A model generated the notes under the pieces. It was not told the origin of the DNA and did not search any database. It was given only the letters and a program-made list of their open reading frames with translations. A stretch of 59,040 nucleotides of DNA, filler included, from Circinaria calcarea (lineage: Eukaryota), in the NCBI GenBank assembly GCA_051942165.1. It is 4 parts of 4 records of this genome, joined end to end, with 100 filler letters (N's around TTAATTAATTAA, not from the genome) between each part and the next. Parts side by side here need not be neighbours in the genome. Positions count along the whole stretch, not along the records: positions 29,629 to 44,296 come from JAVECS010000411.1; positions 44,397 to 59,040 come from JAVECS010000412.1; 2 more parts are not named here. One strand, 5' to 3'. A program made the translations under genes and the position numbers. Shown in pieces: positions 35,709 to 46,659 of the stretch. Each line of letters opens with the position of its first letter. The stretch's first letter is position 1.

Positions 35709-35919
35709 ATGTTAGAAGCTTATAGCTACTTAGAATGGGAGAGCCCTGGGTGAAGCAAGTAGACAAAGCCAGCTGTTCTTAACGGCTCAAGGGGTGGTCC
35801 ACTGGTCTCTGAGTAGGCCGTGGTGGAGCTCTATCAAAGTAGAATCCGATTCATTATTCTAACCGCAAGATAGACTAAGATAGATGAAATTGAAGAAAAT
35901 TGTGCGCTCGCTTCAGCTT

Positions 35920-37050
35920 TTAAGTCTTTCCCTTGCTCCTTAGATTCACTGATTTCTGCTCCATAGCCCACTCAACCCCCTTCCTTATACCCCCATCAAT
36001 ATCCTGGATTGGCACATACCCAAGTCTCTCCTTAGCTTTCTGAATGGAAAATGTCCGCGTCGAGCACACGTACTCTATCCGGTCTCGGGTAAAAATGTAA
36101 GGTTGCTTAGTCCCCAAGGTAAAGACCCAAAATAGCCAATCCGTTGTACTTGCCAAAGCCAAAGCCACCTTGGCGGGAATCACCCACACCTGATCTTTTG
36201 TTGTTTTATCCCCAGCGGCACTCCAAATCTTTCGGACAAAATCCCACATTGGAAGAGGAGCGCCGTCGGTAATGAAGAAAGCCTCTCCATCTACCTTGGG
36301 CATATTAGGGTCTACTGTCCCAGCTAACAATGCCTTGGCAGCCAGGACGTGGGCTGAGGCAGCGTTTCCGGCATAGCACCAGTCCACAAGGTTTTGGTTA
36401 TCACCAAACTGAACGCGTGCTCCAGCTGGCTTCTCTAACGTCTCAAGAGCGCTGCTGATCAATTGCATGTCTCTTTCTCCGTAAACGCCGCAGGGTCTAA
36501 TGCTAGCAGTTCGAAAACCAGCTCCATTATCAGCTGAAGGGTTGTTGGCCGCGAGGACGAGGGTTTCGGCAATAGCCTTTGACTTGGTATACGAGTCTGC
36601 CTTAGACGAAGCGTCAAGGATGGACCGGCTCTCATCAACGTTGACGTACTCTTTGCCTGTCACAACTGAGGTAGATGATGTGAAGACAAAGGCGAGAACC
36701 GAAGGAGTTTCCGACGCGCATGCGAGGAGGTTTGCTGTGCCGTCGATGTTGACATTATGATGGATCAAACTACTGGCGGACGAGCTGAAGGCTGTCGGAG
36801 AAGCGGTGTGGATGATGACGCGAGGCTGGATCTTGGCCAGCATTGAGCTCACGCTCTGTCGATCGGTAATATCCACCGCATGATATGACACTCCAGGCAG
36901 GCGATTGCGGGTGGGATTGCGGCTGAAAACCGCGATGGATGTGCAGTCAGGGTCTTCGAGGAGCGAGCAGACAATGTGGAAGCCAATGAACCCACAGCCG
37001 CCGACAACTACGACAGGGCCCAGGGTCTTCGATGGATGTGAAGTGGACAT
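35920..37050 (-). CDS. Divergent ERG26/NSDHL-like 3-beta-hydroxysteroid dehydrogenase/decarboxylase, copy B
   Basis: Intronless 376 aa. VVGGCGFIG, IHTASP, VNIDGT, FTSSTSV, YTKSK, IRPCGVYGERD, QFGDNQNLVDWCYAGNAASAHVLAA, DGEAFFI, RLGY.P. Confidence 0.9.
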   Translation of the reverse strand: MSTSHPSKTLGPVVVVGGCGFIGFHIVCSLLEDPDCTSIAVFSRNPTRNRLPGVSYHAVDITDRQSVSSMLAKIQPRVIIHTASPTAFSSSASSLIHHNVNIDGTANLLACASETPSVLAFVFTSSTSVVTGKEYVNVDESRSILDASSKADSYTKSKAIAETLVLAANNPSADNGAGFRTASIRPCGVYGERDMQLISSALETLEKPAGARVQFGDNQNLVDWCYAGNAASAHVLAAKALLAGTVDPNMPKVDGEAFFITDGAPLPMWDFVRKIWSAAGDKTTKDQVWVIPAKVALALASTTDWLFWVFTLGTKQPYIFTRDRIEYVCSTRTFSIQKAKERLGYVPIQDIDGGIRKGVEWAMEQKSVNLRSKGKT

Positions 37051-37772
37051 CGTAGCTCCCAGAGAGGGTTAGATTCAGCTCTGAGAAGAGGGCAACCTGG
37101 AAGATGGTGGCAACAAAGACCCGGACGAACGAATGACACAGCGATCGGAGGGATCAAGAATCGACGAGGCCAACCGGGGAAATGTGAAGGGGAATATGCA
37201 AGAGCTGCATGTTGGTCTGGAAAAGTCTCCCAGCTCATCTCATAAGTTCCGTGTTCCACACGGCGCAGGATAACAAGTCAACTGCCTTGATTGGTAGGGC
37301 AAGCTTCACCCACATTAAATCAGCACTACGCATCCCGAACCACAACTTAGTAACTGTCTTGCAGCAAACTGTGCCATGTAGGTGCGTATTAGAGTCATCA
37401 CAAAGGTTTAGATCCTCCGTCCTTGATACAGGACCTTGACAGCTCCGGTCGACCGTAGCGTTGATCTTGGGTTACACCGCCGCCGTTGGGAAGCTGCAAA
37501 CCTTATGGTACTGCCACGGGTCCACCCGATCCGTCAAGGTACATGCTGCAGCCTCGGCCTAGTCGATCCATCTTATCGTTCCATTCACAGTACAGTATGT
37601 TTTCCCCGCTCAGAGAAGGCTACTGCGGCCATGGGCTCTGGCGTTACATATCTCTATCTCAATCTGCTTGTTGCTTAACTTCAATTGGTCCTGACCCCCC
37701 GACCCCCCTCCAACATCCTGTCATTTGATTCCCGAAACATTTACGCACCGGCAACCGCTCTAGAAGCGTGTT

Positions 37773-37967
37773 TACTACGGTGCCAGGCATAATGATTAAT
37801 AGCGCTGCAGATCTTACAGGGGTAAATCTCTTGCCATTCTATTTAGCCGCTATATTGACCTGTATGTCAAGATAGACAGATAACGGTACAATTTCATTAA
37901 CTATATAAAAGCAGCAATGCCAAGCCAGCCAAGGCGCTATCAATTAATTACGCCTGGCACCGTAGTA
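37773..37967. mobile_element. MITE, Tc1/mariner-like, 195 bp
   Basis: Terminal inverted repeats TACTACGGTGCCAGGCATAATGATTAATAGCGC and GCGCTATCAATTAATTACGCCTGGCACCGTAGTA with TA ends; no coding capacity. Confidence 0.8.
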
Positions 37968-38364
37968 CACAGATAGTAGACAGAGATTCTTCGAGAACCA
38001 TTTGCGCGCGTGCTCCCATCTCGAGTCTTCACCGTTTGCTCCTTGCATTTTCTTGGCAATAAACACTGATCCTTCGAGGATCAGTGTTTATTGATTTGCA
38101 GTCAAGCCATGGCACAGCAGCAGTATTACTCTATCCAAGTTAACACATGCGTAGCATGTGTTGGCCCCCGTCAGCCGCTACCGTACAGTAGCTGCCTCGT
38201 TGCCCCACCAAGTATATCGTTTACGAAAAGAAGGTATTGGAGTTTTGAAAATACCATCTTCTCTGCAGAGACACATTCTTCATCCTTCCTACCATTTGAA
38301 TCCTCCTGAGGTCTCTGCTAGGTATAGTGAGAAGAGTATCTTCATTATCGCTTACTTGGAAGAT

Positions 38365-40516
38365 ATGACAATGATTGAAGCTATCTATAATTCTTTCGTC
38401 GCTTATAATTACATCGTACTTGCTGCTATCGGCATCACATTCACTCTCCTTGTGATTTGGTTTGATAGACAAGTTGGAGCTTTTCCAGTACCTCCGGTTT
38501 GTAAATCTCGCCTGGGCCCACATCAACTCGTCTATTCTAACACTGTTTAAATCAGACTAATGCTACGATACCGAGTCTCTCTGCTTCACGTTCAGGCCGA
38601 TGGATAGAAAGTATTAAATACCTTTTCGAGGGCACCGAGAAGATACTCCAGGGTTACGTGAGTTCCTGGTGAAGGAGCAATTGAATCGCATCAAGACTTA
38701 TCCATCTTTTGCAGAGACCTGGAGAGCCCTATGTCGTCGCAACCCCAAAGAATTACTGCATCTTTGTCTCATCCAAGAAACATATGGTACAGCTCGGTGA
38801 AGCGCCCGAGCTATCGCAGCGCGCAGCTTATGATGATGTTAGTCCGAGCTGGAAGCCTACATATCGCCGTTCGCTGCTAATAATGGATTAACAGCTTCTC
38901 GGATTGGAAGAAACAGTTATTCAACTTGAGAATCCTAGGATGGAAGAGCAAACTACAGCAAGCCGTGGGCTTCAAGCTCGAGTTCTCCAAATGACCACAT
39001 CGTTGCGGCTACCATTGCTTCGACCAGCTTTAGAGAAGCTGTTCGCAGAGTTCTTCACTACAGAGTTGAAAGGGTTGAAGGAGAACGACGGTATGTATTG
39101 CTTATTAACAGTAAGTTGATCTATATCATCGATATTGACTCTTTCCAGGTTGGGTATCCGTACAAGTTGCTCCCGTAATCCAGAAAGCAGTCGATAAAAT
39201 GAATTGCTTGATATTCTTCGGCGAAAGACTGTGTAAGAGTAGTGGAGTTAGGCAACATTTCCCTCCATAGCTAACCATCCACAGCAGAGGAGCCTGGGTT
39301 TGAGAGTGCGTTGGCTACATTTTCCATGGACATAATTTACTCCGGCGAAGCAAAGCAAATGCTGCCAACTTGGATGATTTCGTGAGCTCAAATTGACAAG
39401 CCTCTCAAGTCACATGCTGAAGAACGTAGGGTTTTCCATGCTCTTGTCACAAAGCGGAATCATGCTATGAACACGCTCGTAAAACATCTACTGCCGGAGG
39501 TGACGCGTTGTCAAACCCAAAATGGAAAGGGTCCGGGCAAGCACGAAGATGCTACGATGGTTAATCAATCCTATGGCTCGCTCAGAGTGTGACTAACGAG
39601 GTCAGCTCACCGTTCTTGAGCGGATCGTACGCATGGCCGAAGGTAAGAGTTATTGGCCACCGAACAACATTATTCGAAGTATCCTTGGGTTGTGGTTTGC
39701 GTCGGCTCATCAACTTTGGATGGTATGAACTTAACCAGTTGTTGGTAGATTCACACTAATATCAGGCTCAGACCATCGTCAACAATATCCACGAACTTTG
39801 CCTCCATCCCGAGTATATTGAAATCCTCAGAGATGAGATTAGAAAGCAGCCAGCCTTGGATTTTAATAATCCCAATAGTCTCCCAGTACTCGATGGATTT
39901 ATGAGGGAGACCAATCGCCTGAATGCGTTCGATACGAGTAAGTATCTTTAGAAATGATGTAGGTTGACTCATTAAGTGGTGCTGATTTGTTCCGTATAGT
40001 TGGAGCGAGAAGGAAAGTAATGAGACCCTTTACCTTTTCCGATGGAGGACCGCATGTTCCTGTTGGAAACATAGTTGGGTTCCCGCAATACGGCATCTTA
40101 TACGATGAAAAGAATTATCCTGATCCGCTCAAGTTCAACGGCTTTCGCTTTTGTGCTGATACGTCCAACTCCGGATCCGCCCCGAAGGGCGGTATACAGA
40201 TTCCGAAATCAATTCGATATACCGATGTTTCGGAAGTATATACAATCTGGGGGTTTGGCTCGTGGGCATGGTAAGTCCTTGAAAGCGTCTCTTCTTTGCT
40301 ATATGTCTTTCGATAAACATTGCTGATATATTGACTTCTAGCCCTGGGAGGTACTATGCTTCATATATTATGAAGTTGATTCTGGTGTATCTTCTGATAA
40401 ATTACGACTTTAAGCTTGCAGACAAAAATGCCTCCCTGAAGTACAAATGGCGTTCATTTCGGCTCCCGCGAGAGGGAACTCATTTTCTTTTCCGCAAAAG
40501 GGTTCAGAAGGCTTAG
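38365..40516 (+). CDS. Cytochrome P450 monooxygenase B (~10 introns)
   Basis: TM YIVLAAIGITFTLLVIWF; I-helix LGLWFASAHQ; IHELCLHPEYIEILRDEI; LDGFMRETNRLN (ExxR); RRKVMRPFTFSDG; DPLKFNGFRF; heme WGFGSWA-C-PGRY with Cys codon split by intron 40271-40341. Confidence 0.87.
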
Positions 40517-40770
40517 AAGCAGTGAGGAGTGATTCGCCGTCATGATGGTACCTCTTTAGAAAATCGTATTCCTTACCGCTTTATATCCTACAGTGTTCAC
40601 CACCGACTTAGAAGCTTTTGAATCTTGTAATCTTACAAAATAATAACAGAAATAGTCGGAATCACTCACAGTTGCTTCATCAAGGTCCTCTCGGTAAGAA
40701 TTGACATCAAGATTGAAACATTTTGCCAAAGGCTTCGAGCCTGTGATATAGGCCATTCGCCAATCAGAAG

Positions 40771-41121
40771 CAAGGCTTCCAATAATGCAGCCGTGCAGAG
40801 GACTGTACTGCACTATACTATCAATGCAGTGCAAGGGCTTTGCACTGTATTGACAGTGCGCACTGGTAGTATAGTCAATCTCGTTAAGCAAGGGTAATAG
40901 CCTCGGTCATCGGTTATCTAAAGTTCCGGGATTAAAAAGGGGGACCTTGGCTAGCAGCCTTATAAGACTACATGTAGGGCTACACGACGGAGTAGCCTGC
41001 ACTGCACCGATAGTACAGGCTTGGCAATGCACACTGCACCAATGGCATGGGCTTGGCAATGCACACTGCCATCGTGAAATGCCAAGCCGCACTGCACCTG
41101 CTGCATTATTGGAAGCCCTTG
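40771..41121. mobile_element. MITE, hAT-like, 351 bp
   Basis: TIRs CAAGGCTTCCAATAATGCAGCCGTGCAG and CTGCACCTGCTGCATTATTGGAAGCCCTTG. Flanking 8-mers ATCAGAAG (40763-40770) and ATTAGAGG (41122-41129) match at 6/8, like a decayed TSD. Internal (A)CTGCAC subterminal repeats. Confidence 0.75.
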
Positions 41122-41947
41122 ATTAGAGGATCCTCTGCCGTGTGATTAGGTTTACTGCGCCGCTTCGGTCATCCGGATATTTACTAGTGTACATTAATTT
41201 TCATTGTGAAGAAAGAGGAGCATTACAGGGAGGGCACTACGTTTTCAAAAGCAAAGTCGGAAATAGCAGCAAAAATATATATGTATGATCTATAGTCTGC
41301 CTATGGGAGAATACTCGGGGGATAACTGAGATATTGAATGCCAAGCGCGCCCAAATTAGCGTCGTTTCCCTGCCTCTTTCTCCACACGAGCCAATCATAA
41401 CATTCGTCTTATTTTCGCGCTTTCGGCGCAGCCGGTTTTAATATGATTGCGTACTGCATGTCAGCGTCGCATGACCGCGGCGTAGACAAAGGAGTGGCCT
41501 TTTGGTCAAGACGCGAAGGAGTGGGTGGCTCTGTCATGACATCTAATTTGGAAAGATGCATTAAACCTCTTCCATAATTCAAGGTGGCAGAGCTTGGAGA
41601 TGCATGATAGAAAGAAACAAGCGGACCAATAGAAAGAGAAGAGAACAATATGTAAAGGTCCGGAATAAGCTTGCCTGGAAACCCCTGCGCCGGAGCTTTC
41701 GCTTTTAGGCTATGAAACCCAGAAAACATGTGCCACATAGGAAACTTTTGGTTTCAGCAAGGGTGTACGAGGAATACTGCTCCACAGCCTCCTTGGTAGT
41801 TCGGCGATTATTGTTACATAAATCGTGATTGCTCCATGTTTACTATATTTTATACCATATCGTCGTTCTTGCGGACGCGTTCTATTTCCTGAGTATTAAT
41901 AGTCCATATAAATTTTCCACCATTTATACTGGTTGATCTGAACAGCC

Positions 41948-43484
41948 ATGTCTTCATCCTCCACGCCCGACATGAGCTGGCTTGAAAATATTCCAGGGTT
42001 TCCACCGCCACCAGGCACTGTTCCTAACTTCGTCAATCCGTACAGCCAGGGTCCGATTTTAATTATTGTAGGATCTATCCTGATTGCTATTATGATGGTA
42101 TTTTTTATAGTCAGAGTATACACAAAAGCATTCATTCAACGCAGAGCCTCTTGGGACGATTGTACGTTATATATGTTGCCGATTACTCTGACCTCATTGG
42201 CTAATGCATTACTCAGTAACATGCACACTCGCAGCTGTATGTATCTTTGCCGCCCCGAGTGCTGTTTGAAAAGGTGCATAATATGATGCAGTTTGGAGCA
42301 ATTGTATACTTTATCAACTGCATTTATGGTTAGTCAAACATCCTTTGAGCTTCAAGGCGAATGCTGAACATGAATGCCACAGCTGTCAGGGGGAAGGTAG
42401 GCATTCACCAGTGGAATGTCAGGGCAGCGGACCTGACGAGTAATGATTATATTGTGGTGAGTCAAAGGCGGTGAACTACATCGTCAAAGAAAGAAGTTAT
42501 ACTAAATGGTATACAATAAAACAGCCACTCTATCTTTCCACTGTCCTGATATCACCAATACTGCTTTTCACGAAGCTTACCTTCTTCCTCCTGTATATAC
42601 AATTGTTCAAGCCGGATAAATGGCTCAGGTATTGTATCTATGGCGGTGGAATCTTCACAGTGGGGTTTTATCTGAGCGTCGGTATTGCGCAATTTGTTTT
42701 CACAACTCCGGCTCCCGGAAAGACATTCTTGGAAGCGTATTCAAAGGAGAACGCGGACAGGGCAAGGGACTGTTCGGTCCCGTTGTCTGCTGTCGGTTGT
42801 GCGATCGATTTATACATTCTCTTATTGCCAATCTCTGCTGTTTGGAAGCTTCAGATGGCGATGCGACGGAAAATTGGTCTCGTCTTGATCTTCATGACAG
42901 GTACCGTGTATGGATCTCTCGACTTTCGAACGAAGTAAAGCTAGGTGCTGACCTTACTCAACAGCGCAGTTGTTGCTTCTATCCTGAGCCTCTACTACCG
43001 TATCATTCTAAACCGGAACACGGATGAGAACACTCCAGCGGAGAGCGGCGTCGCAGTATCGGATACCACCTGGTTAATTCTACCAATTCTAGCTACCGCG
43101 TGAGTCTACCCCCCTTAAGCTATCTTTCAATGACTAAGTCTATGATAAAGGCTGGTTGAGGTGTGTGTGGGTGTCATGGTCTCTTGCATGCCACAGCTTG
43201 CCTCCTTCTTCCGTCACCACAAAACTTCGTTCCTCAGCTTCTATTCTCGAATCTTGAAGTATTATCCTTCCAAGTCATTTACTGTGGCAAACCGACAATC
43301 ACCTGAACCCGATGGTATCCACCTCGAGAGCCAATTGCTAGGCACGGCTAAACACGGAGAGGGAAAGTTCCTCAACACCAGGGATATGAACGAGATAGAC
43401 TGGCTGCGTCAAGTCAAAGATCAAGGGAAGGAGGCTCACAGCGAGGTCATGGACTCCTCGGAGCCGAGGGTAGAAACGGCGTGA
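41948..43484 (+). CDS. PTH11/SAT4-like fungal rhodopsin-domain integral membrane protein (no CFEM), multi-exon
   Basis: PPPPGTVPNFVNP; TM1 then RVYTK...WDD; G.HQWNV; KLTFFLLYIQLF; DLYILLLPISAVWKLQM..RRKIGL..IF; VEVCVGVMVSCMP. Confidence 0.85.
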
Positions 43485-43711
43485 ACAGTGGTTCTTATCT
43501 AGAGCGCTGAAAGGACTAGAAGATTTTATGGTCGATTTCAATCACCACGAGTGACTGTAAAGGTGTATATAAAGGGTGTGGAATCCCCCCATGTATCCTA
43601 TTGAGTAGATGCGTAGCCAATTTTATCGGCCTCCTCTATTTGACCATATCAACTATACAGAGCTACGTAGAATTTCTTTCCCAAGAGAATGCTAATTTTT
43701 CAGTTATTGAC

Positions 43712-44296
43712 ATGCCGTTATTCAGCGTCTGCATCATTGTGCCCAAATCTTCGGTGAAATCAGTGAAGAAAGCCCTAGAGGCGCAAGGGAACTTAGACAA
43801 AGCCCGAAAGATTGAAAGTATCAGCAACGCAGAGTGTTTACCTGGCTATATCACCGAAACTGGCCACCAGCATGATGGCGAATCGTTCCTTGTGCGCACA
43901 ACGAAGACCGTTGAAGTTACAGATGAGACTGCTGCTCAAGCGATGCTTGACTCCGACAGAGACTCCCTAGCAAGAGAGTTAGGGATTGAGCTGTATGCTC
44001 CAATGGTCTATTTCGCCATCTACCCTTCCGAGATAAGTTCGACACTATCTGCTCTCGCAAGGCGGGATACGCCTGCAAAAGGTCTCCTCGCTCAATCAAT
44101 CACCCACTGGCTCCTCGATCTCCCTTCTGAACTCCGTTCCTCCCTTCCAATTTCCGTCACCCAGCTTGTCTCCCTAACGACCGCCTCTTATACCATCTAC
44201 CCGCCCCTTCTCCTCCTTCCACCCACCGCCTTCACCCGTCCGCCCTGGCCCAATCTACTAGACACGATTCTGAAGCCCCACCTCCCAGCTCTCTAC
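43712..44296 (+). CDS. tRNA wybutosine-synthesis protein TYW2/TRM12-like, N-terminal part, truncated by gap
   Basis: IVPKSSVKSVKKALE...LDK..KI N-terminus and YTIYPPLLLLP..AF...PW segment resemble Pezizomycotina TYW2. The methyltransferase-like domain is not visible. Confidence 0.5.
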
Positions 44297-44396
44297 NNNN
44301 NNNNNNNNNNNNNNNNNNNNNNNNNNNNNNNNNNNNNNNNTTAATTAATTAANNNNNNNNNNNNNNNNNNNNNNNNNNNNNNNNNNNNNNNNNNNN
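44297..44396. other. Assembly gap with artificial six-frame-stop linker
   Basis: 44 N + TTAATTAATTAA + 44 N. Confidence 0.97.
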
Positions 44397-46659
44397 ACAA
44401 ATGCCAAACCGCGAAATAGTAGCAGAAATGTTCCGTTATCCCCCGAAGGCGTCAAGGAAGTCAGCTGCCAAACGTCTTACCATCTTCTCACGTCCTTCAA
44501 AAAGGCATGCCTTAAGGCTCCTCCTCTGAAGTGGCGATAGGGTCCGGCTGCAAAGAGGGGAGTCCCATGCTGCCCATTAGCGTCCAAGGATTTGGTAGCG
44601 ACATAGTCTCAGGGGCTTTAGCTGGTAGAAGTCTGTGAGGCTGCCTGAAATCCTTCCCTTCTTATCAGATGGTGGTAGTTGGAGTCCTCCACTATCTGCT
44701 TGCTATAGGACGACAAGACTTGAGATATACAGATGGAAACAGAAACTGATACCGAACCCAACGCCTGCACCATGGAACACAGCCGTCTATTGTTGTAAAA
44801 TATCATGAAACGTTTAAGATGCCGCTGTCAGCCGTTCTTACTCCTTAACCATTGCGGCGGATGCGTCATACGACCCCAAAGAAGTCGTATCGTAGATGAG
44901 GATCTCTGTGGTCCACTGATGCCAACCAGACACCATCTTTCAAGATCCAACACCCAAGATCTGTTGTAATTCGCGAGGAACGTGATGTGCATACGGCGTC
45001 GAGCAAACGTCCCGTACCGCTTACCTCACCTTCCTTTCATCGATCTTCAAAATGTCGGACCTTGAAACAGAATGACACCACACTGTTGTTGATGGTCAAT
45101 ATCCTTGGTTTCGACATTTACTAGCTGAAGAATAATCATATTCCAAGGTGCTTCAATGCCTGAGCACAAGAGGCAGGAGTAATATACCGATACAACACCA
45201 CAATACCAGATGCCAACAATGGTCCTAACGGCGCATATAAGTATCGTTGCTCATCAAGCGGAATCTGTGGACAGGAGGAACAGTTGACGGCGTTGAAAAG
45301 GTCGAATGCTAATTTAGATTGCATATCGAGCAATTGCGTTTCTATGCCGACCAATAGGATTACTTGCTATTCGCCGGCGAAGAATAAAAAAGGTGAATGC
45401 AGCTGATGTCCGAGCTAAGGATTTCCGCCACGAGGGATACGGAGACGGAAGGCAACTCGATGTATTGGCTGTGCTTCATGCGCAAAAATCCGGCTTTCCC
45501 GTGCCTTTCAATTCGCAATACTCTGTGCGTCTGGACCACCCTGGACGTAACTCCGAAAAGGGCATGTCGGTGCGATGGTGGACATGACCTCGAGGCCTTC
45601 GGACATTTGGGTGGAGGAATCTCATGTTGGGCCTGGCTAGGACGACAGCATGCAGGGCATAGGCACCGTGACGGCTCGGATGGCTGCAGAAACTCCTATC
45701 AGATGGTGCTCGCCTCAAGGAATAATCTTCTGCATTGACCTTTGGCTGAATACTCCGTACAGTAGTTGGAAGGATGGGCACGAGTCGATAGGTGGTGGTA
45801 GTGGTAAATTTCTGAAGTCGCGGGAAGGAGCGCGTCTCGCAGCAGACTCCAGTATTAGTATTAATCTCCTCCTCAGCGTTATGATTTTTGTAATTGTCAT
45901 GGCAGAGGGTTGCATTCAAACCTACGCTGTGACTCCTCGTTAACAGTTTTCAGTCTGCTGCTCTTTGTACAGTTGCCTACTCGGATCAATCAATGATAGA
46001 TAAATCCTTCGTATTCTCTTCCAGCAAAACAGCTTCTATTATCCCTCGTATGGTACCGTTTTGTCAACACGCGAAAACCGGTCCATACCTGATTGTGCCC
46101 AACACGCTCTATTGTGCACCATCATTAGTCCTGTGCTTCTGATTAATTCTGTCACCGTCGTTGTTATTTGTTTGCTTGATTTCACGATTATCCTATTCGG
46201 GCTCATTCAGTTTCTTTTCCCGGTAACGCGCGACGGCCCCACCAAAAATAACCAGACACGCCAGAAATCGCCACAGCAAACCGTAAGCACGAGTAGATGC
46301 TTTTTCTCACCAACCAGTTTCCGAATACTCGAGTTCATTATTGCCGTTTGCCCAGCTTTGGCTCCATCACATTTCTGCTACGGGATCCGAGATTCGTCGC
46401 GGCACCTTCTCTTTCGGGCCCGAAAATCGAGCAGAAGCAAGTAAACAAACAAACACCAAAACAGAGGTCCCAAGGCGGAAACGCACAGTAACAGCGGTAA
46501 ACGTCTTGCAGTCTCACCCGAATGACACACTGAAAAAGAACGTTTCGATCAGGGAATCGAGTCGCACTACGTTTTGTTTTAGCCTCGTATCCAACGTTGG
46601 ATCCACGAGGTAGTTCCTGTGCAAGGGTCCCGTCACAACGTTACAACAACCAACAAAAG

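Noticed and set aside
44397..46600. Several 60-150 aa ORFs in a 2.2-kb gene-free stretch
   Set aside because: No motifs or splice-consistent model; probably the promoter and 5' UTR of the gene at 46660.
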